From a virus (Duplodnaviria > Caudoviricetes): DNA of 52,791 nt. Made by a program: the position numbers and the translations under genes. The stretch is from positions 1 to 52,791 of IMG/VR virus record IMGVR_UViG_3300035150_000010; one strand, written 5' to 3'. The notes below the pieces were generated by a model. It worked only from the letters and a program-made list of their open reading frames with translations. It was not told the DNA's origin and made no database searches. Of the stretch, positions 1 through 9,514 are shown in pieces (positions within the stretch are counted from its first letter, which is position 1; the number at the start of each line of letters is the position of its first letter).

Positions 1-22
1 CGGTCTATATCTCAGCTTAGCG

Positions 23-148
23 TCAACTGCATCAGATGACGCTAAGCTGAGATATAGACCGACATAATGTTCGCTCGGTCTTGCATCGCATTTTTTGAAC
101 GCAAATGACAAACTGCCATCTGCATCCATCAAACCCGCAAGGTATTTT
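23..148. repeat. 126-bp direct terminal repeat (identical to 52666-52791); circular assembly overlap
   Basis: tcaactgcatcagat...caaggtatttt occurs identically at both ends, and the LAGLIDADG ORF reads through the junction in frame. Confidence 0.95.
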
Positions 149-263
149 ACTAGCGTTTCATTCACAATCTCTAATCCCTTTGTGTTGTGGGATGAGAACC
201 ATCTTCCGTCGGGTCAGTGTACACCTTCCCGTTATTCAGTTCCAGTTTTACTCAGCAAAGTTT
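149..263 (-). ncRNA. Group I intron, 5' part (P1, P3-P6); continues across the contig junction
   Basis: P1 pairs exon UUCAGU with intron GCUGAG, with a U.G wobble at the splice site; P-like AAUAACGGGAA and Q-like GACCCGACGG elements. Confidence 0.88.
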
Positions 264-291
264 ACTGAATTTGAAAGGCAGTATCTGCCAT
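264..291 (-). CDS. Major capsid protein exon 1 (MADTAFQIQ + first base of a Tyr codon)
   Basis: GAGG RBS upstream of ATG at 291; exon ends in U; joins in frame with exon 2 at 51895 to give MADTAFQIQYRQEAIDTFEEGMSWLRQ... Confidence 0.9.
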
Positions 292-475
292 TTTGACACC
301 TCAATAATTGAGTGTTGAGATGCCGTTGCGTCCGGGTTAACCCTGTCCAGCACTTCAGCGGGTTGGCTTGTCTGTGACAAGTGCCGCCTATTGCTCCAGA
401 GCGCCTACGAACAGCGGGTGAAGTTGACATTTAGCCAGCGCCGCAATGCGGGTTAACCGGCTTCCTGTCGTACAA

Positions 476-1519
476 TCAAGCACTGCGTGCCTGTTGTTTC
501 TGTTGAGCGGCAATAAGTTCGCGCTCGCGTTCCTGCAATTTTACGTCCTTGTTATAGGCTTGCCTATCAGTACGACGCAAATTGCTGATTTCTTTCAGTT
601 CCTCATCGATTGTCTTGCCGGTCGCATCGGCATTATCAACGACAGTCGCAACCGGATTGACTTCCTTGGCAAGAGAAATGAGGAATTTATTCATATCGAC
701 ATCATCGCCGATGATTGTTCCATCAGCCATACGACCGGACAACAGGCGATTGAATAGCGCATTTTCGTTCTGCATATCACCGCCACCAGGCGCGTAGGCA
801 AACAGGGTTGAAATTGCATTGACGTTGCGTTGCAGCGCTGGCCCGAATTCTTCTTTCAGCGCGCGCATCGTTTCATCGCGGTTCTGATCGTCCAGCTGGT
901 CAACGTGGGCTGCTCTGGCCTCTTCGTTCTTGAAGTACCAGGACATTGCCTTGTCCATTTGGGATTGCGTCAAACCTGCTTCATGCATGTCTGTCGCAAA
1001 GTCTCCGGCAAGTTCCTTGTCCCGATCACCCAGCTGCACACCGTCAGGGAGAGAGAGATTTTCGACGTATTCTTTTGCGTCTTCGGGGACGCCGATTGCC
1101 TTGTGAAATGCTTTGACTTCTTCTTCTGAAGCACCTTCGCCGGGAACCCTGAGAAGTCCGCCTTTATCAAATTTGGCCTCAAGCTCGCGATACATGCCAT
1201 AGATTGCAGCCGGATCAGAAATCCGCTCAAGCCGTTTCATCTCGCGCTTGAATGCCTTTTCATCCCCAGCTGCGGCATGCTCGGCAATCTTCTTGCGCCA
1301 CTCTTCATTCCAGAAAGATTTCGGCTCTTCTGTCTTTTCACCGCCTTCTGTGGGCTCTTCATCACCACCAGCCGCAATGGATTTCTTGTCAGCCTTTACA
1401 GACGCCTCAGTTGAGACTTCCGTTTCCGGTTGCGCTTCGGTATTGGCTTCAGGTTCTGCCGGAGCCTCCTGATCAACAGCCGGTTCTTCTGCGCTCGGGT
1501 TTGTGTCGGATTCAGTCAT
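476..1519 (-). CDS. Capsid assembly scaffolding protein
   Basis: Acidic, helical 347 aa ORF directly upstream of capsid exon 1 and downstream of the portal. Confidence 0.8.
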   Translation of the reverse strand: MTESDTNPSAEEPAVDQEAPAEPEANTEAQPETEVSTEASVKADKKSIAAGGDEEPTEGGEKTEEPKSFWNEEWRKKIAEHAAAGDEKAFKREMKRLERISDPAAIYGMYRELEAKFDKGGLLRVPGEGASEEEVKAFHKAIGVPEDAKEYVENLSLPDGVQLGDRDKELAGDFATDMHEAGLTQSQMDKAMSWYFKNEEARAAHVDQLDDQNRDETMRALKEEFGPALQRNVNAISTLFAYAPGGGDMQNENALFNRLLSGRMADGTIIGDDVDMNKFLISLAKEVNPVATVVDNADATGKTIDEELKEISNLRRTDRQAYNKDVKLQERERELIAAQQKQQARSA

Positions 1520-1809
1520 TTCTTAATTATCTCCGCTTTCAGTGTTTGAAGTTTTGCAAAGGCACGTGCGACAGACTGACGGCCTAAAACATAGTCTCTG
1601 ACGTCACCTTGCCCCGGCCTGAATGGATCTTCCCTCAAGGCCCCGGCATTAAACATCAGCCAATTGATCATGCGTGCGCAGTCCTGCGGGCTCGGTGGAT
1701 TCTCTCCATTTGCCGCATAATCGCTGATAGCCTGGACTGCCCGGATGTCCTCAACTTCATAACTAGGCGGATGCCATACTTCTTTTTTCCGAGACTTCGT
1801 TTCCGTCAT
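1516..1809 (-). CDS. Small head-assembly protein (Bbp19-like)
   Basis: Position between portal and scaffold; FRPG...Y.LGRQSV motif. Confidence 0.6.
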   Translation of the reverse strand: MTETKSRKKEVWHPPSYEVEDIRAVQAISDYAANGENPPSPQDCARMINWLMFNAGALREDPFRPGQGDVRDYVLGRQSVARAFAKLQTLKAEIIKK

Positions 1810-3446
1810 TCGCCAGCCTCATTAACAGCCTTGGCGGCCTTGCCGCCTTGTTCAATGACCTGACCGGCCTGACCTGCGGTTTGCATCAATTCAGCCATTT
1901 GTGCTTGCTGCTGAAGCTGTTCACGGCGTTGTGTAACCGCCTCAATTGGATTGAACCAATCCGCCTTCCAGCCAATGGCGCGAAGAGCAGACCGCGTGCT
2001 TTCCGTAATGTTGACGTTTTCGACCTGCGCCTCATCGATCTTTGCAGCTGGCAGAAGGATACGGGACAGACCATCAACAAAGGTTGCCGCGTCTGCTTGC
2101 TCTGCCATTTCCGCAAGGGGAGATCTGAACGAGAATTTGGCATCGGCTCCAATCAACGTCTCCGGCATTTGATCGACCGGGAACGCGCCATGCGCCATCA
2201 GGATATTAAATGTCACTTCACACAGCGGCGAATTGTAATCCTTCTCAACAGGCTCAAAAAGTGGAGACGCAGACCGAATATGCTCCTCAATCCGCCTGCG
2301 GACTTCAAATGCCGTCATGTCCGTGCCAGCATCCGGCAGCTGGATTTTGTCAAGGAAGAACGCATGCCGGATATCTTCCCGGAGCGCCTGTGCGATTTCA
2401 AAGCCAATTGGGATAGTTCCAGAATTCTGGCTGATCGGCCGCAGGACTTCGCCAAGCCTTTCGTCGTATTCCATATCGGCAATCGTAATGCCACCAGCGT
2501 AGAGCGGAATATCACCACGGATTGCATCAGCAATCGCGATCATGGGCGGATCGACATACTTTTCGCCAGCCTCACGCAGCGTTCGGGTGACTACCTGCGT
2601 CGTCCTGCCATCCGGCAAGGAAATGTTGGTCGCCATCGAGCGTCCGTAGACCGAACCGGATACCGTCATCCAGCGCGGAATGACATAAGGAAAATACTGA
2701 AGCGGGACTTCTTCAAGAATGTTTTCAGATTCACACTCTACGTAAATAGACGTAAATGGATAATCCTTGTTTTCCTTCTTGTCGTACTTATAAACGCTGC
2801 TTGGAACGAGAATATGCCTGCAATCGAACTTCTTTTCCGGTTCTTTCTCGCAAGCTTTCTTAACTTCCTTTGATACCTCATTACCGAAAAGATGCTTTAA
2901 TTGCCTTGCGGTTGGCTTCCAATTGCGATGAAGGCAATCAATGACGCCATCAGCGTTTTCACTCCACACACAATCACGCAAATGATAGTTCCTGTAGAGC
3001 AGCCCATTCAGATTTGAGTTTGGCGTGACCAGAATAACCGCATTGCCGAACGTAGCGTAATCATGATCTGCCTGCTTGGTTGCGCGGACAAAGCCTGTTG
3101 AGGCCTCATACATCGCCATCCATTGGATATCTCTCAGATATTCGAGGTACTTCCGTTCAATGCTGTTCTCGTCAAGAACCTTTTCGCCAACGTGGAGAGA
3201 AAACCACTTCTGGCTTTGCGGTCGAAGATTAGCAGATAGCAGGTTGCCGAGTTCGCGACGCGCCAGGACCGGATAAGATGCGTAGAGGTGATCTGAGTAC
3301 TCTTCACCCTCGTTTCTTATATCCGTGAAATCTGCGCGTTCAGGATAGAAGTTAAGCGCAATCTCCTGCCACAAACTATCAACAGTTCTCCGCCTGCTGA
3401 ACATGGAATCGCCAATGCTGAGCAGGTCACGAATGCGCGATTTCAC
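1806..3446 (-). CDS. Portal (head-to-tail connector) protein, T7/BPP-1 type
   Basis: 546 aa; PYVIPRW...YGRS and MTAFEV motifs; downstream of TerL. Confidence 0.92.
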   Translation of the reverse strand: MKSRIRDLLSIGDSMFSRRRTVDSLWQEIALNFYPERADFTDIRNEGEEYSDHLYASYPVLARRELGNLLSANLRPQSQKWFSLHVGEKVLDENSIERKYLEYLRDIQWMAMYEASTGFVRATKQADHDYATFGNAVILVTPNSNLNGLLYRNYHLRDCVWSENADGVIDCLHRNWKPTARQLKHLFGNEVSKEVKKACEKEPEKKFDCRHILVPSSVYKYDKKENKDYPFTSIYVECESENILEEVPLQYFPYVIPRWMTVSGSVYGRSMATNISLPDGRTTQVVTRTLREAGEKYVDPPMIAIADAIRGDIPLYAGGITIADMEYDERLGEVLRPISQNSGTIPIGFEIAQALREDIRHAFFLDKIQLPDAGTDMTAFEVRRRIEEHIRSASPLFEPVEKDYNSPLCEVTFNILMAHGAFPVDQMPETLIGADAKFSFRSPLAEMAEQADAATFVDGLSRILLPAAKIDEAQVENVNITESTRSALRAIGWKADWFNPIEAVTQRREQLQQQAQMAELMQTAGQAGQVIEQGGKAAKAVNEAGE

Positions 3447-3458
3447 GATAGAACCACC

Positions 3459-3683
3459 TTAGTTACCGAGTTTCTGCCCGGACGAACCGGTCATGCTTTG
3501 CAGGTTTTCCGTCAGAATTGATGCCCTGCGCCCACGACGCTTTGCAGCTGCCGCACGATATTTCGCAGATGCTCTTTCTGCGTTCGGGTCTTCCGTTGTC
3601 GGCATCCTGACAACTTTAGGATCAGGGATTTTCTGAGGCTTGACCTTCCCGCCAAATAGTCCGCTCATGTTACTTCCTTCCAC
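3459..3683 (-). CDS. Small basic protein between TerL and portal
   Basis: Likely start MSGLFGG; RRGRRASILT motif typical of this gene position in podoviruses. Confidence 0.6.
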   Translation of the reverse strand: MEGSNMSGLFGGKVKPQKIPDPKVVRMPTTEDPNAERASAKYRAAAAKRRGRRASILTENLQSMTGSSGQKLGN

Positions 3684-5115
3684 GCTTGCTTTTTGAATAG
3701 CCCAGGATTGCCTTTGGCGCTGTACTGCGTCTTCTTTCCGATGATGCCATTGCAGGAAATACAGACATTAGAGCCCATACCATTGCATCCGCCCGATCTG
3801 GCGAACGAGGCCCCATATACCCGGCTGTTGTCATTGAACAAAGCTGGTCCTCCAATTCAGGGAACCTTCCGACCAGACATACCTTTTCTTGTTCAAATAA
3901 TGCCGCCACGGGCTCTGCCCTAACAACTTTCCCGCGCGATGCCTTGACCTCACGAAATGGCATCGCAAGACCGTTTGCTGTTGTCGCCGTCCGAATAACT
4001 TCACGCACCATTGCGCCGCCAAAGTTCGTTTCGGCGACGACCAAATCAGCCTCATGACGGTCAAAGGCAGATGCAACAATGTTCTTCCATTTCTCAGGAC
4101 CAAACCGCCCCGACAAGTCCTCTAGGATATAGCCCTTACCGTCCTCACCAAGACCAGCGACAATTATCCCAACTTCGTCTGATCGCTCGTCCTCATCACC
4201 AGAACAACCAGACGGGTCAACAGCAATGACAATTCGCTGCATCTGAGGTGGTTCCCGATCCAATAAACGCCCGTTATCGAGCGTCTCTTGCACCCAAAGA
4301 GCATTATCGGATTCATCAGAGAACGCACCAAGAAGGAATCTCTGCCTCTGGCGTTGCGGCAGATTTTCCAACTCTTGCAAATACGCCGCCTGCAGATTCT
4401 GCCTATTGTCGTTCGGGTTAACCAATAGCGAGGCGTAGTTATCAGCATTTGCAATTGGTTGGTTGCGTGCCGGATCCACATGCTCAATAAACATGCGATA
4501 TGTCCAGTGCCTCTTTCCCGGTGGGTTGCAGTCGTAGAATGCCCTAAGCCGCAACGCCGTGTTTTGCGCAAGACGTGTAATCGCCATGTCTCTTGAATTT
4601 TGCGGGATCTGCGAACACTCGTTCATATAGATCGTGGCAAATTCCTGCCCCAGAATTTTTTCCGTCCTTTCCTTATCATCAAGGCCACCGAACCATATTT
4701 CAGACCCGTTCGGCAGACGGTAAATCCAAAGGCTCTTGTCGAGCTTAGAGTCCGCAACAGCCCCTGGGAAACACAATTGCATGACCTTAGGAAGCGTATC
4801 CAGAACAATCGAAGTCACGACATGATTAAAGCGAAAGCGCAGAATTGCATGCCGGCTCACACAACTTAAAGCGCGCTCAATGATTTCCCTTACGATCATG
4901 AAGGTTTTGCCAGAACGGGACCCGCCAAAAAGCATTACATGGACAGCCTGCCCACGCATCAAGACCTCTGCTTCTTTCTGCTTTTCTGTTAATTCACATT
5001 CGGAACCTAGCCGCCATTTAATAGCAGGCATGTTGGCAAGTTGAGACACCTTCTCCGCAGGTAACGAACGTACCAAACGCTCGACCGCTTGAAGATCCTC
5101 TATCGTTGCCGTCAT
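3670..5115 (-). CDS. terL: Terminase large subunit
   Basis: Walker A GGSRSGKT, Walker B-like IYMNE, CNPP motif, RNase H-like nuclease (VIAVDPS...SPDRADA). Confidence 0.95.
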   Translation of the reverse strand: MTATIEDLQAVERLVRSLPAEKVSQLANMPAIKWRLGSECELTEKQKEAEVLMRGQAVHVMLFGGSRSGKTFMIVREIIERALSCVSRHAILRFRFNHVVTSIVLDTLPKVMQLCFPGAVADSKLDKSLWIYRLPNGSEIWFGGLDDKERTEKILGQEFATIYMNECSQIPQNSRDMAITRLAQNTALRLRAFYDCNPPGKRHWTYRMFIEHVDPARNQPIANADNYASLLVNPNDNRQNLQAAYLQELENLPQRQRQRFLLGAFSDESDNALWVQETLDNGRLLDREPPQMQRIVIAVDPSGCSGDEDERSDEVGIIVAGLGEDGKGYILEDLSGRFGPEKWKNIVASAFDRHEADLVVAETNFGGAMVREVIRTATTANGLAMPFREVKASRGKVVRAEPVAALFEQEKVCLVGRFPELEDQLCSMTTAGYMGPRSPDRADAMVWALMSVFPAMASSERRRSTAPKAILGYSKSKRGRK

Positions 5116-5376
5116 ACTGAGCGAATAACCTTTGCGAGATAGCCGTTTATATAGCCAGAACAGACCGTATCAGCCAACGTGGATTGCGCTATCATCGAAA
5201 CGTCCGAGTTTTTTGGAATGATGACATACGGATCCATCGCATCATGCATGTAGCCATTGACCGCCTGGTCAAGGCTTAGTTCCATGCCGACTGGCCGCCA
5301 GACTCCGCCTGAATACGCCGGATTGCGTCGTCAAGCTTTGGATCGTTATTGGCCGCACCTCCAAAAGCCTCCTCAG

Positions 5377-5859
5377 TCATTGCGCCAATCCAATCTCTTG
5401 CTTGAGTTCATCAATGATCGCCCTGTCCGCACCATTCATGATGAACCATCCCTCATCCCACGCCGGAGCCCACACGTTCTGCGGAACACTGACAGTCATT
5501 ATTGTCTCAATCTCAAGCGCCAAGGCACAGGCGACACGATGAGACCCGTTAAGCAATTCCCCAGTCGGGTCTATTGGAACCGCGCAACGTGGATCAAATC
5601 CATTCTTGTTCATGGAATGAAAAAGGGCCTTCGCGGCCCCTAGATAATCATCCGTGTTCTGTTTCCAAAAGTCTGTCGGCAATCCGGCTTCCATGCGCTT
5701 TCCACTGCGCTTCAGGATATGCCAGATATAAAGTTCTTCCGCTTCCTTATCACCACCAGACAGGAGCGCTTTGAACAGCCTCAACTTGACCGCCAAGTCC
5801 AGTCTGCGCGGGCTGACGAGGCTCCAGGTATTTCGGGCGCATGGCAGGAGCGTTGGCAT
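5377..5859 (-). CDS. ParB/Sulfiredoxin-fold protein (possible kinase or NTPase)
   Basis: GELLNGSHRVACAL resembles the ParB/Srx DGxHR motif; probable start MPTLL at 5859 within ORF 5377-5973. Confidence 0.6.
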   Translation of the reverse strand: MPTLLPCARNTWSLVSPRRLDLAVKLRLFKALLSGGDKEAEELYIWHILKRSGKRMEAGLPTDFWKQNTDDYLGAAKALFHSMNKNGFDPRCAVPIDPTGELLNGSHRVACALALEIETIMTVSVPQNVWAPAWDEGWFIMNGADRAIIDELKQEIGLAQ

Positions 5860-6472
5860 GTCCAAGTTCTTCTTCCCGCTCCTTCGAAAAGTCGATAAGT
5901 TCTTTGCGTGCAATATCGATATTCCCTGTCGTGCTGATGACCTTGACCGGTACGCCCCTGTCATCAAGAACATTCCTCGCGAATTCGATTGCCGGCTGCA
6001 TCAATGGACCCATGAAAGACCTGTTTTCATGAGCTGTCTCTTTGACCTTTTCCCGTGCAACATTCCGTTCAACAAGCGCATCCGCATCAGTCTCAAGGAA
6101 TACGACGCCAAGAGATACCGGCATAAGGCGGAAAAAATGATACAACTCCTCAACCGGCTTCCCCATATCGACAAGTCGCCAGCCAAAGCCAAGCCCCCTT
6201 TGAACAAACCCTGTTTGAATATATGGCTTGCCACTCTCCATCGCAGAGACGGAGGCCATCTTGCGCATTGATCGGCGGTTCATCCTGACCGCCGCCACAA
6301 ATGATTTATGTTCTCGGACCAATCCAAGAAGCCTGCTTACCTCGTTGCAGAAGTCATGCCACTCAATCGGCGGCTTGATTTCGCGCGGCTCGACGTCATG
6401 CGGACCCCAGAGCGGATCGCAAAGCGTTGATTTACCGACGCCCGGAGGCCCGGCTACATCACACCAACGCAT
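5750..6472 (-). CDS. P-loop kinase (nucleoside/sugar kinase-like)
   Basis: N-terminal GPPGVGKST, VVFLE...LVERN..R lid-like segment. Confidence 0.7.
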   Translation of the reverse strand: MRWCDVAGPPGVGKSTLCDPLWGPHDVEPREIKPPIEWHDFCNEVSRLLGLVREHKSFVAAVRMNRRSMRKMASVSAMESGKPYIQTGFVQRGLGFGWRLVDMGKPVEELYHFFRLMPVSLGVVFLETDADALVERNVAREKVKETAHENRSFMGPLMQPAIEFARNVLDDRGVPVKVISTTGNIDIARKELIDFSKEREEELGHANAPAMRPKYLEPRQPAQTGLGGQVEAVQSAPVWW

Positions 6473-7086
6473 TACCGACGCTCCAAAACGATCACCCTGT
6501 AGTCAGGCTCGCCACACTCGATATTCTCGACAAGCTCCCAATCTTCATTAAGCGCTGCGTGGATGTCTTCCATTGGATATGCGTATGGATGATTGGCAAT
6601 GCGCGCCGTGAAGACGATCTTGCTCTTGGTAACGCGCTGCAATTCCTTCAGGGCTTGTGTGCGCTGCTCGGGAGTGAGCCATCTGGTAAGACGGCACATG
6701 ATTGACATGTCGAAGATTCCGTCATCGAAATCAAGACAGGTCGCATCGCCAGTGCTTAGATTGATAACGTTTGGTTTTGACTTTGTTACTTTGGCGGCTG
6801 CCTCTTTCAGCATGTCCACGCTTTTATCAACACCGCGCCAATCGTGGTCATTGCGCTCATAAGCAGGAATGAAGCGGCCGGTCCCTACCGGGACGTCAAG
6901 AATCTTCGAGCCAATCTCAAGGATGTCAATAAACCCTTCGATAATGCGTTGTTCTGCTGCCCATTTAGGTGCTGCCTTACGCTTTGCATCATAGCCGGTA
7001 GCAACATCACCAACGTATTTCCGCGCCCCGTATTGTTTCTCTTGTGTCGGATTAGAGCCTGTGTAGCTCATGAGTGATTTGTTCAT
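6472..7086 (-). CDS. Class I SAM-dependent methyltransferase
   Basis: ILDVPVGTG motif I, GVDKSVDML, GDATCLDFDDGIFD, ALKELQRV. Confidence 0.9.
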   Translation of the reverse strand: MNKSLMSYTGSNPTQEKQYGARKYVGDVATGYDAKRKAAPKWAAEQRIIEGFIDILEIGSKILDVPVGTGRFIPAYERNDHDWRGVDKSVDMLKEAAAKVTKSKPNVINLSTGDATCLDFDDGIFDMSIMCRLTRWLTPEQRTQALKELQRVTKSKIVFTARIANHPYAYPMEDIHAALNEDWELVENIECGEPDYRVIVLERR

Positions 7087-7096
7087 GTCGGGTCTC

Positions 7097-7801
7097 TCAA
7101 TGGTACGCAGATTTTATCCAAGGAAACTTAGCTGCCACTTCGGGTTGATCCACCATCCGGTTGCCCGGGAAGGTGATCAGGCAAGCGTTATCGGGTAATT
7201 CGCTTATCTTGTCACTATTGTAGTCGCCAATTCGTCCGGCGCCATAAACGCCATCTCGGTGATCGACAAAAGGCAGATCCCAAGGAAGCATTTCGGAAAT
7301 CCACGCCTGTTCGGCACCACCAAAGCGCCAGTTAACCCACTTCGGCGTTTCGACTGGATCAAATTCCTCGTAAAGTTCCGGGTGCACCCCTGTACTGAAT
7401 AATTGAAAGCTCGATTGATAAAAGGCTCTACCACGCTGAGGAAATCCCGGGTTATGAAACCAGACCGAAGGCTCAGTCCTGTTTGCTATGTGATCCATGT
7501 TACCGACTATGACCATATCAAGGTCCAGGTTCATAACCCTATCACCGCCGATGATGTCGGCATAGTCAGGCCGATGTTGCATCAAGCGGATGAAAACTGT
7601 TCCGGGTACGTGCTTTGACCAATCGAGTTTGACAGTTTCCACGCCATCAACGTCATCATCCGTGACGCAAACAAACCTGTGTGGTACTGTCAGGTTGCGT
7701 TCAACCATGTTCCGCAAAATGCGTATATGATCGTGATTGAACGTGTAGTTCCTTTTCCGGCTTTTGTCCTTCCAGAAATAGGTTGTTACTATGAGCATCA
7801 A
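7097..7801 (-). CDS. GT-A fold glycosyltransferase
   Basis: MVERNL..PHRFVCVTD, LDLD (DxD motif), SSFQL, EQAWI, TFPG; pattern of phage-encoded GTs. Confidence 0.8.
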   Translation of the reverse strand: MMLIVTTYFWKDKSRKRNYTFNHDHIRILRNMVERNLTVPHRFVCVTDDDVDGVETVKLDWSKHVPGTVFIRLMQHRPDYADIIGGDRVMNLDLDMVIVGNMDHIANRTEPSVWFHNPGFPQRGRAFYQSSFQLFSTGVHPELYEEFDPVETPKWVNWRFGGAEQAWISEMLPWDLPFVDHRDGVYGAGRIGDYNSDKISELPDNACLITFPGNRMVDQPEVAAKFPWIKSAYH

Positions 7802-8534
7802 GAAGATCCATATTCTCGGTATGTCGGGTCATGCTGGTCAAAAGCACCGAGAGGCAATCGAACAGCTGCAGGGATTATATAGCCTTTCCTCTTATGAAGA
7901 GGCGGACATTATTGATATTTGCACGCCTAATTATAAGCATTTGCCTGATGCTCATCATGCATTAACGACAGGAAACGACTGCATAATCGAGAAACCAATA
8001 TGCAATTTTACCCCTGATCTTTTACATCTTTGCGATGTCGAGGACCATGAGAATGCAAGGGCTTATCCAGTCCTTCAATATCGCAACACAGATATTCTCA
8101 GCTATCATTGCATCTGGCAGCGCTCACCAGATTACTACGCTGGTTGGCGAGGCAAGTACCGAACTGCGCTCGGTGGCGTTATCCTTTCCCACGGTATTCA
8201 TTTGATCGATCACGCCATTTGCCAATATGGCCGCGTTGCTTGTGTTGAATGCGAAACCTGGTCAGATCCCAGATACGCTTGCGAAGTGGAAACCAAGGCC
8301 GAAATACAGCTGGTGTTTTCTGGCGGACGCTCACGAAGCATTCACTTGGAAATCTCCCCAGACAAACCTACTTTCGCTCCTGCTAATCCGGGCTATCTCG
8401 ATTTCTTCCGCAACCTCGACAAGGCCCCGCGCCTCTCCGAAATCTATCACCTTCAGGAAGTGCTAGATGCCTGCTATGCTGCTTCCCGTTCTTCAAGCAT
8501 CATTACGCTATCTTCAGCGGCCTTGACCGCGTGA
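7791..8534 (+). CDS. Gfo/Idh/MocA family NAD-dependent (sugar) dehydrogenase, compact
   Basis: ICTPNYKH, IIEKP, YY.GWRG...GGVILSHGIHLID motifs. Confidence 0.8.
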   Translation: MSIKKIHILGMSGHAGQKHREAIEQLQGLYSLSSYEEADIIDICTPNYKHLPDAHHALTTGNDCIIEKPICNFTPDLLHLCDVEDHENARAYPVLQYRNTDILSYHCIWQRSPDYYAGWRGKYRTALGGVILSHGIHLIDHAICQYGRVACVECETWSDPRYACEVETKAEIQLVFSGGRSRSIHLEISPDKPTFAPANPGYLDFFRNLDKAPRLSEIYHLQEVLDACYAASRSSSIITLSSAALTA

Positions 8535-9514
8535 CCGAGCTTGCCTGAGAAGATACGCAACACTTTGTCATCGATCCGTTGCACGATGGTAGGCCTTTCG
8601 TCCGTTTCATCCTTGCGCGGCAGCACAACCCTCACCGTATACATCGGGCGAACAAGCTGCGCCTGACTGACGAAGGGAAGGTACTCAGATAGAGCATCTT
8701 TCATCTTCTCAAAATTGGACCCGTCTGGGCGATATTTCGGCGCTTCATATCCTGTGACGCGCTTATGTATGGCGTGCTCAACATGCCCCATCAGGTGGAG
8801 CCCGCTACCAATCGGGTCAATGCAGCCATATGGCCCATCCATGACAACGCAACCAACGTTGGCGTATTGCTCCGGAAGCTTGACGATCGGCTTTTCTATG
8901 ACCTCGTATTGCAGTTCAATCGGGCTATAGCCAAGACCCTTCATGATTTCATTCGTCCCGGCATATCCGGCGACGATGATCTTGTCATAAACTTCGGCCA
9001 ATAGATGATAATCCCGACGCGCCTCAAATGGCGGACTGGTTTTGATCTGAACTCCACATTCACTAAGATTGTTGCGAACGATTCTTAATAGTGCAGGATA
9101 GTCTATTCGTCCCTCACTGACGAGATAAGCGGACTCAAGGCTATCATCATTGAACAGATAAGGCGCGGCAACTTCAATAACGCCGTCGCCTAGTTCATTC
9201 CTGTCCATGAACGCTTCATAGGCTTCACGTCCTGTCTTGGATCCTTTTGCGATTGCATAGAAATGCGCGTCATCATATGAGACCGCATCACCGTATTCAC
9301 GCAGAAAGCTCGCCATGCTGTTTCGGCATTCCTGCACGGTCTTGTCTGAGCGCGGGTAATGGTATCCCTTGTGCAGCCGGTATTGATTGACCTTGGTTGC
9401 TCCAAGCATGATATCTGCGGCATTGTCATAGATTGTCACGTCATGACCGGAACGCGCTGCATAAACAGCGGCAGTGCAGCCGAATAATCCACCACCGATA
9501 ATGGCAACGCGCAT
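8474..9514 (-). CDS. FAD-dependent oxidoreductase (DAO-like)
   Basis: MRVAIIGGGLFG Rossmann motif, GATKVNQYRLHKGYHYPRS, MDGPY, SGK. Confidence 0.9.
   Translation of the reverse strand: MRVAIIGGGLFGCTAAVYAARSGHDVTIYDNAADIMLGATKVNQYRLHKGYHYPRSDKTVQECRNSMASFLREYGDAVSYDDAHFYAIAKGSKTGREAYEAFMDRNELGDGVIEVAAPYLFNDDSLESAYLVSEGRIDYPALLRIVRNNLSECGVQIKTSPPFEARRDYHLLAEVYDKIIVAGYAGTNEIMKGLGYSPIELQYEVIEKPIVKLPEQYANVGCVVMDGPYGCIDPIGSGLHLMGHVEHAIHKRVTGYEAPKYRPDGSNFEKMKDALSEYLPFVSQAQLVRPMYTVRVVLPRKDETDERPTIVQRIDDKVLRIFSGKLGHAVKAAEDSVMMLEEREAA

Noticed and set aside
1-61. 25-bp inverted repeat at the contig start, suggesting a hairpin telomere
   Set aside because: The true context at 52660-52704 lacks bases 1-22 and lies inside the endonuclease ORF, and no protelomerase was found. 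It is most likely a fold-back read or assembly artefact.
1848-2873. 341-aa plus-strand ORF and similar long antisense ORFs (e.g. 51108-51968, 13158-13838)
   Set aside because: Antisense shadows of well-supported minus-strand genes, with no recognisable motifs.
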